Both the position numbers and the translations under genes were made by a program. A stretch of DNA of 24,948 bases from a virus (Duplodnaviria; Caudoviricetes), in the IMG/VR virus record IMGVR_UViG_3300007516_000132, positions 1-24,948 of that record. One strand, written 5' to 3'. Every line of letters begins with the position of its first letter. Positions within the stretch are counted from its first letter, which is position 1. Positions 16,390-24,402 of this stretch are shown here, in pieces. The notes under the pieces were generated by a model that was not told where the DNA came from, did not search any database, and was given only the letters and a program-made list of their open reading frames with translations.

Positions 16390-16568
16390 CGCAGCCCCCG
16401 CCACCAGACCAGCGCAGCAATTCCGAGCGCCAACGTGAACGGAGCGCGCCACAATACATCGTGTGGAGTGCTAGAAACCAACGAATCAACAAGCGCCAGC
16501 GAGCCCAGTCCGCCAGACAGAACCCAGACGGAACCCAAGACGAGCAAAAGGAATCGGACGATTTTCAA
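16386..16568 (-). CDS. Small two-TM-helix membrane protein (60 aa)
   Basis: MKIVRFLLLVLGSVWVLSGGLGSLALVDSLV...PFTLALGIAALVWWRGLR*. 4-nt overlaps with both the portal stop (ATGA) and the next gene start (GTGA). Confidence 0.68.
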   Translation of the reverse strand: MKIVRFLLLVLGSVWVLSGGLGSLALVDSLVSSTPHDVLWRAPFTLALGIAALVWWRGLR

Positions 16569-18223
16569 GGCATGATCCCCGGCAACCCTTGGCCTTCAGC
16601 AGTGGACGATAAAACGCTAGCCTGTGCCAAGTCCTTCGCAGCGCTCGCAGCAACCGGAGCCGCCTGGAGAATCTGGCTCAACTCGGCCTGCTGCTGGGCA
16701 GCTTGGTCGATGCCTTCCATTTCCTCGTCGGTGTACATGACCTTCGACGGCATGCCGTTCAAACGAGCGAGCTCCTTCGAAATCTTGTCCATGTTGAAGC
16801 GTTTAAACACCGAAGGACCGGCCACCTGTGCGACGGGAGCGAGCTGCTCGAACGTGCGCAGGATGCCAACACCGCCCTCGGCCTCGCGCGCCCGGCTCAA
16901 AGGACTGTCGAACTCGATGGAGTACATGCCGCCGCGCTCCATGAGTTTGTCCGGCATCTCAGGTAGCTGGTCGGCCATGGCCAAGATGTCCAACTCGCGC
17001 GTGACCATGCGCGTCAGCAGCTCAGACTCGATGCGCGAGCCAGTCGGGCCAATGAGCTGCCCCTTCTCCTGCGCGCGCAGCATGGCCTCGGTCGCCGTGA
17101 TGTTTGGCTTGTCAACCAGTATCTGGAACAGGGTCTGGAGCAGCGCGTCATTGATGACCATGCGCTTCTGCTGCATCATTTCCAGACCGATGTTCACATC
17201 GCCACCAATATCCAAAGGCTGCAGGAGCTGTTGCCCTTGGTCGTCAACACCGCCATAGTTGATCGCGCCAGGCGTGAGCCGGATAGCATCCAAGATGCCG
17301 TCCCGGTGCGCAAGCAAAGGCGGCAGCAACTTCAACTGAGCCGCCTGGATGGTGGTGCGGTTCATTTCGTTAAGCATCTTCACATCCGGCAGGATGGTCA
17401 TGCACGGAGAGCGGCCGTACACCTCGCCCGGATTCAGGTCGTAGCGAGACACGGCATATGGGAACACCCTGAAGCCGGACTCGTCGATCACATCACGGGT
17501 GTCGAAGCTGACGTAGTAGCTGACGAACTCCATGCCCTTGTAATCCTTGCGGTCAACGTCGGCATCCTCCCGAGGTTTCACACAATGCAGGAATCGAAAC
17601 TCTTGATCTGGCCGCTTCACGGCAGCCTCACGGATGATGGCCGGGCACTTGTCGCCCCACTTGTGCGCGGCCTGCCGGGCAGTCCAGAACCAGTCCCGAT
17701 GCACCACATCGACCACGCCAAACTCGTTCTCGGCGAAGAATAGCTGCTTCATGGGAACAGAACGATAGTACAAAGACTTACCAGGCTGCTCGCCAACGAA
17801 CAGTCCCATGCTGCCGTACTTTCCACCGTTGTAATAATTGCCCTGAATCTCAGAATCAAAGTTTGCCGCATAGCGGGCAGAGAACAGGCGACGATTCACC
17901 TCGTCGAGATAGCGCATGACCTCGCTGTCCTCGGCCAGGTCTTCATCCACGGCCTTTAGCTTGGCCCAAGTCTGATTTCTAGGAGTGATAAGCGAATGGA
18001 GCGCAGCCTTGAAGCGATCCAGCGCCAGGCCAGGCGTAGCGTCAAAGACTTTCTCAGTCGTGGCCATGCCTTTTTGAGAGGTTGCCGTGGCGCGCTGCCC
18101 GAAGCGTTGATCGGTCGGGTTGATGCGGTCATCAATGTCCTGCCACAGCCGCTCGAACGGCTGGCGCTGCAACACCATACGGCTGTGCATAGTCAGAAGT
18201 TCATCGGCGCGGCGGTCGGCCAT
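16565..18223 (-). CDS. Portal protein (head-tail connector, T7 gp8/BPP-1 type)
   Basis: 552 aa; FPYAVSRY...GEVYGRSPCM..LPDVKMLNEM, PGAINYG and ITATEAMLRAQEKGQLIGP..SRIESELL are hallmark head-tail connector motifs. Confidence 0.93.
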   Translation of the reverse strand: MADRRADELLTMHSRMVLQRQPFERLWQDIDDRINPTDQRFGQRATATSQKGMATTEKVFDATPGLALDRFKAALHSLITPRNQTWAKLKAVDEDLAEDSEVMRYLDEVNRRLFSARYAANFDSEIQGNYYNGGKYGSMGLFVGEQPGKSLYYRSVPMKQLFFAENEFGVVDVVHRDWFWTARQAAHKWGDKCPAIIREAAVKRPDQEFRFLHCVKPREDADVDRKDYKGMEFVSYYVSFDTRDVIDESGFRVFPYAVSRYDLNPGEVYGRSPCMTILPDVKMLNEMNRTTIQAAQLKLLPPLLAHRDGILDAIRLTPGAINYGGVDDQGQQLLQPLDIGGDVNIGLEMMQQKRMVINDALLQTLFQILVDKPNITATEAMLRAQEKGQLIGPTGSRIESELLTRMVTRELDILAMADQLPEMPDKLMERGGMYSIEFDSPLSRAREAEGGVGILRTFEQLAPVAQVAGPSVFKRFNMDKISKELARLNGMPSKVMYTDEEMEGIDQAAQQQAELSQILQAAPVAASAAKDLAQASVLSSTAEGQGLPGIMP

Positions 18224-18225
18224 GA

Positions 18226-18432
18226 TTACTGCCCAAGTAAGGTTTTGCCAGCCACGGAGCCGCCAGTTTCAGGACCAGCCGAACTGGTCAGAACGGTCGT
18301 GGCAGAGCCGCGACGACGACGAAACATATTGGATGTGTTCCGGTCAACCGTCTCCTGATTCACAACAGGGGTTTTAATGACGGTCGGCTCTGGCATCTGC
18401 TGAACATTCGGGCTACTGAATATTCCACTCAT
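18226..18432 (-). CDS. Small protein upstream of portal (68 aa)
   Basis: RRRRGSATTVLT...GKTLLGQ C-terminus typical of the small gene before the portal in BPP-1/epsilon15-like phages; RBS AGGAG. Confidence 0.78.
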   Translation of the reverse strand: MSGIFSSPNVQQMPEPTVIKTPVVNQETVDRNTSNMFRRRRGSATTVLTSSAGPETGGSVAGKTLLGQ

Positions 18433-18449
18433 AATGTTCTCCTAAAAAG

Positions 18450-19799
18450 TCAGGCAAATACAGGGTATTCTGTCACAGCCACGGAAGATCGTGTTATTTT
18501 ATCGCGCACGATACCACGAAACAGCTCGGTCAACCCCCAAATCAAGGCATCCGCACGGTTTGGACTGTTCTCGCCGGTGTATCCGGCCGTTGAGAACGCG
18601 ACCAGCTCGTCCTCCATGTCCGGGAAGTAGCCGACGTGGCGAACCTTGCCCTGCTCATAGAGCGCGCTGAACGGCTCGGCACGAACAACCTTGCCGCGCG
18701 TCGCGGTCACGGCCTTGTAGGGAACAGTGCGCTGCCCACCGGCACGACGAACCGTCTGGATGACGTGCTGGACCATCGCGCCGCCATAGTTGACCTCGCC
18801 CACCACCACATCGGCGCTGTGCCGGTCATAGGCGGTCACCGCGACATTCCCCCAGGTCGCAGGCCCAGCCTTGACGGTGCAGTCCTCAATCAAATAGGCA
18901 TTGCCGTCCGTGCCCAAAGCCACCACAACGATGCCAATCGCGTCGTTGTCGGCATTGTTAACGTCACCAGAGCCGGACGGGTCAACAGCCACCACCACGC
19001 GAACGAAGTCAGGCAGCTTGTCGTCCAGGACGCGCCACTTGTCGAGGTCTTCCTCTTTAAACAGGGCGTTCGGGGTCGCATCGGCAAACTCGCCACGCAG
19101 AAACCTGCGCTGCAGACGCGCCGATAGACTCTTGAGCGTGTCAAGGTAGCCAGCAGACACGTTATCGGCGTTGTCCTGCGGGTTGATCTGGAAGCATGCG
19201 TAGTCCCGAGGATTGGGCAGCGCGACCTTGGTCTCTGGGTCACGCTTCTCGACGAACAGCCGGTACGCCCAGTGAACCTTTGACGGAGGGTTGCAATCGT
19301 AGTACATGCGAGGCTTGAGCGGAGCCGTCCCAAGACCGCCAATCACCTGGTCAACCTGCTGCGCCAGCCGGGTCACGGCGATGTCGCGCGAGCCCTTGGG
19401 TATCTGGCTGCACTCATTAAGGTAAATTGTAACGAACTCCATGCCCAGAATCTTCTCGGCGCGCTCTTTGTCGTCCAGGCCGCCAAACCAGATTTGAGAA
19501 CCGTTCTCGAACTCAGCGAACCAATCCGTCTTACTGATCGTGTAGCGCACACCAGGGAAACAGACCTGCATAACCTTCGGGAAAGTGTCGAACACGACCG
19601 AGGCTTTGACGGAGTTAAAGCGGAACCGCAGGATGGCGTGGCGTGACTTTGGTGCCTTGAGTGCCCTCATGCAAACGTTGCGGGTCAGAAGGAAGGTCTT
19701 GCCGGACCGGGAGCCGCCGAACAACATTAAATGCGTGGCCTCCCCGCCCAGCACATTCTGAGCTTGGTTCTGCCGGTCGGTGAACTTAAATGCTGGCAT
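18450..19799 (-). CDS. terL: Terminase large subunit
   Basis: 449 aa; Walker A FGGSRSGKT, Walker B-like IYLNEC, motif III DCNPP, nuclease acidic motifs VAVDPSG and SPNRADAL. Confidence 0.93.
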   Translation of the reverse strand: MPAFKFTDRQNQAQNVLGGEATHLMLFGGSRSGKTFLLTRNVCMRALKAPKSRHAILRFRFNSVKASVVFDTFPKVMQVCFPGVRYTISKTDWFAEFENGSQIWFGGLDDKERAEKILGMEFVTIYLNECSQIPKGSRDIAVTRLAQQVDQVIGGLGTAPLKPRMYYDCNPPSKVHWAYRLFVEKRDPETKVALPNPRDYACFQINPQDNADNVSAGYLDTLKSLSARLQRRFLRGEFADATPNALFKEEDLDKWRVLDDKLPDFVRVVVAVDPSGSGDVNNADNDAIGIVVVALGTDGNAYLIEDCTVKAGPATWGNVAVTAYDRHSADVVVGEVNYGGAMVQHVIQTVRRAGGQRTVPYKAVTATRGKVVRAEPFSALYEQGKVRHVGYFPDMEDELVAFSTAGYTGENSPNRADALIWGLTELFRGIVRDKITRSSVAVTEYPVFA

Positions 19800-20175
19800 C
19801 CAGCGGCCCAGCCATCACCGTCACATTGCCCGTGTGCTTGTGCTGCTCGACGTACAGGCCAGAAGCCTTGCCACGATTCACCTCTGCCGTGATGGCGGCC
19901 GAGTACTGCTTCTCTTTCACCGCCATATTTCGCAACTTCTGCAGGTCTTCTAGGTGACTTTCGAGGGTCATTTGTGCTTTTTCTGCGATGGGAGCTCGCA
20001 ATTCTACAACCCTTTGCGCAACCTTAGCGTCTGCCATCAATTTTGAGGCATTGACGTGAATTGAGGTGTCCTTCATATTCCCAGCGTTGTAAGTCGCCCG
20101 ATATGCGTCTGCCTGAGTCTTGCCGGAGGCCACGGAAACAGCGAAGGCTTCCTGCTTCGGGGTCAAATCAGACAT
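19786..20175 (-). CDS. terS: Terminase small subunit
   Basis: Start reassigned to ATG 20175: MSDLTPKQEAFAVSVASGKTQADAYRATY...NASKLM...KVAQRVVEL, a classic TerS HTH; overlaps the TerL start. Confidence 0.88.
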   Translation of the reverse strand: MSDLTPKQEAFAVSVASGKTQADAYRATYNAGNMKDTSIHVNASKLMADAKVAQRVVELRAPIAEKAQMTLESHLEDLQKLRNMAVKEKQYSAAITAEVNRGKASGLYVEQHKHTGNVTVMAGPLDASI

Positions 20176-21490
20176 CAAGCACCTCCAGAACAGCCTTGCG
20201 GCCAGTGAAGTCCTCGTAGCGCTTAACAATGACATCGCAGTACTTCGGATCAAGCTCAGACAGCCGCGCGCACATCCCAAGACGTTCCGCAGCGATCAAG
20301 GTCGAGCCCGAGCCCCCGAACAAATCAAGCACCAGATCACCAGGCCGGGCACTGTTGCGCAGCATCCGCTCAATCAGGGCCACCGGCTTCATGGTCGGAT
20401 GCCCAACCGAACGCTTTGGTTTTGGCTCATGGATGAGCGAAGGCACGAGCTCCTCAATGGTCGCGGTCCCGTCGATCACCATCACCGAGTCGCCGATACG
20501 GATCTCGTAGCGCCCATCGTCGCGCCGGGTGAACGGCATTTTGTCCTGATTCAGGTCGATCATGGTCGTGAGTTTACGCCCACCGTACCAACGATGCCGA
20601 CTGCCGGGCTTCCAACCGTACAGGATTGGCTCGTGCTGCCACTGGTAGTCGGAGCGGCCCAGGACAAGAGAGCCCTTGTCCCACACCAGGCAGCCGGACA
20701 GCTTAAACCCAGCCGTGCGATAGGCGGCCCGGAAGTTGAGCCCTTCGGTGTCGGCGTGAGCCACGTAGATCGACGCGCCGGGCTTAAGCTGGGTGTACGC
20801 CGCCGCCATGGACGCGACCAGGAACTCGCGGAACTCTTTGTCGCTCAGGTCGTCGTTGGCAATTTTCCCGGCCTTGGTCTCATAGGCGACGTTGTAGTGT
20901 GGGTCCGTCCAGCAAACGTCACACAGTGCGCCCTGGTTGAGCTTGTCCAGATTGTCCACGGACGTTGAGTCGCCGCAAACCACCCGGTGCGGCCCCAGAA
21001 TCCACACATCACCGAGCTTGGTGGTTGGCTCGGCCGGAAGGTCAGGAACAGCATCCGGGTCGTTTTCGGGAACCAGATCGGCCAGCATGGCATCCAGTTC
21101 TTCAAGCGAGAAGCCGGTCAGGGTGAGATCGAACCCCTCGAGCTTGAGCTCCGAAAGCTCTGCCGCCAGCAACTCGTTGTCCCATCCAGCATTGAGCGCC
21201 AGCTTGTTGTCCGCCAGGATGAGAGCACGGCGCTGGGCATCCGTGAGCCCCGTGAGCACCATGCAAGGGACAGCCTCCATGCGCAGGGCCAAGGCGGCCT
21301 GCAAGCGCCCGTGACCGGCAATGATCCGGTTCTGCTCGTCCACCAGCAAAGGGTTGGTGAACCCGAATTCTTTGATCGACCGCATGAGCTGCTCGATCTG
21401 GTCGGCCCCGTGAGTCCGGGAATTGCGCTCATAAGGGACCAACACGCCGACAGGCAGGGTTTTTAATTCTGGATGGTTCATGCTTGTCAT
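20168..21490 (-). CDS. ParB-N domain fused to N6-A/N4-C DNA methyltransferase (beta-class motif order)
   Basis: N-terminal LVPYERNSRTH...SIKEFGFTNPLLVD...IIAGHGRLQAA...ADNKLA (ParB-like), then motif IV TDPHYNV, HPTMKPVAL and SAM-binding VLDLFGGSGSTLIA. Start at ATG 21490 is supported by an ATGA overlap with the upstream 37-aa ORF. Confidence 0.9.
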   Translation of the reverse strand: MTSMNHPELKTLPVGVLVPYERNSRTHGADQIEQLMRSIKEFGFTNPLLVDEQNRIIAGHGRLQAALALRMEAVPCMVLTGLTDAQRRALILADNKLALNAGWDNELLAAELSELKLEGFDLTLTGFSLEELDAMLADLVPENDPDAVPDLPAEPTTKLGDVWILGPHRVVCGDSTSVDNLDKLNQGALCDVCWTDPHYNVAYETKAGKIANDDLSDKEFREFLVASMAAAYTQLKPGASIYVAHADTEGLNFRAAYRTAGFKLSGCLVWDKGSLVLGRSDYQWQHEPILYGWKPGSRHRWYGGRKLTTMIDLNQDKMPFTRRDDGRYEIRIGDSVMVIDGTATIEELVPSLIHEPKPKRSVGHPTMKPVALIERMLRNSARPGDLVLDLFGGSGSTLIAAERLGMCARLSELDPKYCDVIVKRYEDFTGRKAVLEVLDV

Positions 21491-21600
21491 TGTAGGTCTT
21501 TCGTGGTTTTGCGCAATGCCCTTAAATGCTGGCCAGCCGAACGGTTGATCCACTCAATCAATCGCTTCATGGCTGCTGCTGCTTGTTGGTCGATGGTCAT
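21487..21600 (-). CDS. Small hypothetical protein (37 aa)
   Basis: MTIDQQAAAAMKRLIEWINRSAGQHLRALRKTTKDLQ*; exactly fills the gap, with ATGA overlaps at both ends. Confidence 0.6.
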   Translation of the reverse strand: MTIDQQAAAAMKRLIEWINRSAGQHLRALRKTTKDLQ

Positions 21601-21878
21601 GAGAACATCTTTTCAATATATGAGAACAGCGGTGGTCTTTTATTTTTCATTATCAAATAATCCTTTGAAAAACCAATCTGCCTAGTTTTATTATTTCTCG
21701 CAAACCAATAGTTTGCTTTGTTAATCGCCCGACCGTTCGCCACGACTTTATAAGTCAACCAATCCGGCGAGTGATCCTGAGCCCGACCGAACACCAGCCA
21801 CTCCACGCAATCAGAATCCAAAAAGCGTCCGACCGTATCCCAGCCGCAACCAGAAAGCGGCATGTTGCCTTCGTACAT
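21597..21878 (-). CDS. Hypothetical AT-rich protein (Trp/aromatic-rich); start uncertain (21878, 21899 or 21908)
   Basis: MYEGNMPLSGCGWD...DWLTYKVVANGR..NKANYWFARN; co-oriented with the operon, ATG 21878 preceded by AAAGGT; about 31% GC over 21601-21720 by hand count. Confidence 0.65.
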   Translation of the reverse strand: MYEGNMPLSGCGWDTVGRFLDSDCVEWLVFGRAQDHSPDWLTYKVVANGRAINKANYWFARNNKTRQIGFSKDYLIMKNKRPPLFSYIEKMFS

Positions 21879-21947
21879 TTTACCTTTCAACACTTCCATC
21901 TCCTTCAAAATTCATTGTCCGAACAATCCCATCCCGCATCGGATGGA

Positions 21948-22074
21948 GGTAACAGGTAACAGCACTACCCCCCCTGAAAGGGGGTAGGTGCGAAAGTTAC
22001 CTGATACCACCATTCCCCGACGCCTTGCCACCAGGTAACAGTTACCTAAAATTACCCAATAGTTACCAGTTACC
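21948..22074. repeat. Putative replication origin: GGTAAC/GTTACC iterons and palindromes
   Basis: GGTAAC at 21948, 21955 and 22034; GTTACC at 21996, 22041, 22062 and 22069; variants GATACC 22003 and ATTACC 22051. Non-coding and directly downstream of the primase-helicase stop. Confidence 0.7.
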
Positions 22075-22078
22075 GGGC

Positions 22079-24100
22079 TCACATTTCACCCCTTCTGAGC
22101 ATCATGGACGAAGCCAAAACATTGTCCAAAATCACCCAACCAGTCTCGAAGGCCTCAATAATTCCGCTCAAAAGAAGGTCAGAAATCAGCTTGCCAGGGA
22201 CACTAGGCTTCAAATATTGCTTCGCAGAAGCCTCAGAAAGCCCCAACTTTTCAATTAAATATTCAGTTAGGCCCGACCTAGATATATAAGGAGCGCCAGA
22301 CCTAACCTCGGCAGAGGAATCCCACCAAGCATTATCAAGCGTCTTAATATGGACGGCGATCTTATTATCTTTTTTGGACGGCGCAACGGCAACCGAAGAT
22401 GCCACAACCACGCAACTGGTCGCGGGCTTACCCCATTTTGTTTCGCCCAGCACAACGGCCTCAAGGCCAAATCCGATCAGCTCGCCCTTTGTCGCCAGAT
22501 CGCGCTGCTTCATAATCTCGGCGCAGTGACCACTGGGTGAGTCAGTGACCTCGATCTCCGTCTCGACCGCCGCGCGCACACCGCTCCAGCCGCGTGACCC
22601 GGCCGCCGCGTTCTTGCCGCTGTGATGGATGAGCAGGAAGTGCGCCCTGCATTCTTTGCGGATACGGTCAAAACGCTCCACCACCAACCCCATGTCCTGG
22701 CCAGCGTTCTCGTTTGCCCCGGCAGACAGCCGCGCCAGCGTGTCCCCAACGATCAGACGAACCTTCTTGCCGCGCTGCTCCTCGACCTGCCTGACCAGCA
22801 GGATGATGGCGTTCGTGTCGTCATCACCGTCAAATAGGTTGATTGGGTTTTGCACAATGGCGAAGTCGGGAACCCTGATTTTGTAGTGCTGCTGGTACGC
22901 CTGCAGCCTGCGCTCAATGGATGCCGGGGACTCGGCAGCGATATAGATCACCAGCCCCTGCTCCGTCTTTCGCCCCATCCAGTCCACGCCACGCGCCACA
23001 GCGCAGGCCATGTCGATGACGAAAAAAGTCTTTCCGCTGTTCGACCCGCCATATAGAAGGCTGCCGTCGCCGGAGGTCAGCACACCCTCGACGATCTCAT
23101 CGGCCGGGCTGAATGTTTCCGACAGCTCGTCGGCAAACACCACATCAAGGGCCAAGCTCGCAGGAGCCAACAGCGCCGCAAGATTGTGCCCAGCCTGGGC
23201 ATAGTCGTTGGCATCGCCAAGAATTGTAGGCATGACCATACGTGATCCAAACTTGGCAGAGGCCTGCTCCGCGTACCGTTGACCGACTCCAGATGCATCA
23301 TGGTCGGCGACCACCACAATGTCTTGGCCAACACCATGGGCCTCGCGCATCGCCCCGGTTGCCGGAACGAGGTTGGAGGCAGAGTAAGCCACCACGCACG
23401 GCCTGCCGGTGGTTTCATTGATGGTCGCGGCGGTGGCGAAGCCCTCGGCGACGTACAGGACACCGGGCTCGTCGAGCGTGCCCAGCATCCAGAACCTGGA
23501 CCCTGTCTGGCCGCCAGGGTGATAGAGCTTTGAGCCGTCGTGAGCGATGTACTGGAGGCTTGACAGGCAGCCGTCAATGTCGAACAACGGAACCACCAGC
23601 CGACCGTCGCCGGTCACCCGCGAGCCGTGGGTCTGAATGCCCTTGCGCTTGAGATATGGGTGGTCAGCATCAGCTGGCGTGCATGACGACCAGATCGCCT
23701 CCACCGTGTCGGCGGCAACCAGGCGGGTACGGGCCACCTCGGCATCGCGCAGCGTCCTCGCCTCGGCCATGCGCATCGTGTTGGCCATGTCCTCGACCGA
23801 TGACAGGACGCGACCAACGTCAGCCCGGAACGTGACCTCGAGCCCCGCGCGCCAGCAGCCGAAGCGACCGGCTGGAATGCCATCGCTGAACAACACGTAC
23901 CAGCCCGGCTTCGCGTGACCACCAGCCCCCTTCGTGCCCGAATTGAACCTGTGCAGCTTGCCGTCCATGTGAACCACATCCGGAGGCTCAAGGCCAGCCT
24001 TGACCATTGCGTCCTTGACCTGTACTTCTGGAGGTGCGACGTACTTGTCGCCGGGTGGTGACCAGGGGCCACCGAATATATTGGAAAGGTTGTTAGCCAT
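22079..24100 (-). CDS. Primase-helicase (TOPRIM primase + AAA_25/RepA-like SF4 helicase)
   Basis: HPYLKRKGI, LVVPLFD..G.LSSLQYI, TOPRIM VAEGFATA and VVADHD..GVG, GDAND; Walker A GGSNSGKT, IYIAAES, Walker B LIVGDTL, LIHHSGKN...RGWS. Probable start ATG 24100, overlapping the HTH stop. Confidence 0.9.
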   Translation of the reverse strand: MANNLSNIFGGPWSPPGDKYVAPPEVQVKDAMVKAGLEPPDVVHMDGKLHRFNSGTKGAGGHAKPGWYVLFSDGIPAGRFGCWRAGLEVTFRADVGRVLSSVEDMANTMRMAEARTLRDAEVARTRLVAADTVEAIWSSCTPADADHPYLKRKGIQTHGSRVTGDGRLVVPLFDIDGCLSSLQYIAHDGSKLYHPGGQTGSRFWMLGTLDEPGVLYVAEGFATAATINETTGRPCVVAYSASNLVPATGAMREAHGVGQDIVVVADHDASGVGQRYAEQASAKFGSRMVMPTILGDANDYAQAGHNLAALLAPASLALDVVFADELSETFSPADEIVEGVLTSGDGSLLYGGSNSGKTFFVIDMACAVARGVDWMGRKTEQGLVIYIAAESPASIERRLQAYQQHYKIRVPDFAIVQNPINLFDGDDDTNAIILLVRQVEEQRGKKVRLIVGDTLARLSAGANENAGQDMGLVVERFDRIRKECRAHFLLIHHSGKNAAAGSRGWSGVRAAVETEIEVTDSPSGHCAEIMKQRDLATKGELIGFGLEAVVLGETKWGKPATSCVVVASSVAVAPSKKDNKIAVHIKTLDNAWWDSSAEVRSGAPYISRSGLTEYLIEKLGLSEASAKQYLKPSVPGKLISDLLLSGIIEAFETGWVILDNVLASSMMLRRGEM

Positions 24101-24281
24101 GCGCTGCAATCGCTGTGGATTGCAGGTAGTCGCTCAGAGCCGTCAGCACCTTGTGCGTCGGGTTTGCGTGCGGGTTGTCACGCACTGAGCGAATGGTGTT
24201 GTAATGCAGGCCGGTCGCGTCGGCCACCTTGATCGGCATTCGGTCCGAAAGCCCCAACCTGATCTGTTCCAGCGTCATCAT
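24093..24281 (-). CDS. Cro/XRE-like helix-turn-helix regulator
   Basis: 62 aa with KVADATGLHYNTIRSVR...NPT..VL.ALSDYL; strong RBS AAAGGAG; first gene of the leftward operon. Confidence 0.82.
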   Translation of the reverse strand: MMTLEQIRLGLSDRMPIKVADATGLHYNTIRSVRDNPHANPTHKVLTALSDYLQSTAIAAHG

Positions 24282-24402
24282 GATCTTCTCCTTTATTTGA
24301 AATATTTATTACGATGTTTGGATATTACACTAAAATTCAGTTATAGTACAGACACTGCACAACCGGATTCCCCGAAAGTGCAGCAACTTAAAGGAGAGCC
24401 AA
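24282..24402. promoter_or_regulatory. AT-rich divergent promoter region
   Basis: Rightward TTGGAT (24318-24323), 18-nt spacer, TATAGT (24342-24347). Leftward TGTACT-N17-TAATAT overlaps it. Both flanking genes have an AAGGAG RBS. Confidence 0.6.

Noticed and set aside
19400-19430. TerL Walker B reads YLNE rather than hhDE
   Set aside because: The catalytic Glu and all other motifs are intact and such variants occur in terminases; not evidence of a pseudogene.
20176-21553. Longer ORF-track starts for TerS (20280) and MTase (21553), likewise 10796, 10291 and 16452
   Set aside because: These extensions overlap upstream genes heavily and lack family-like sequence; downstream starts give clean stop/start coupling.
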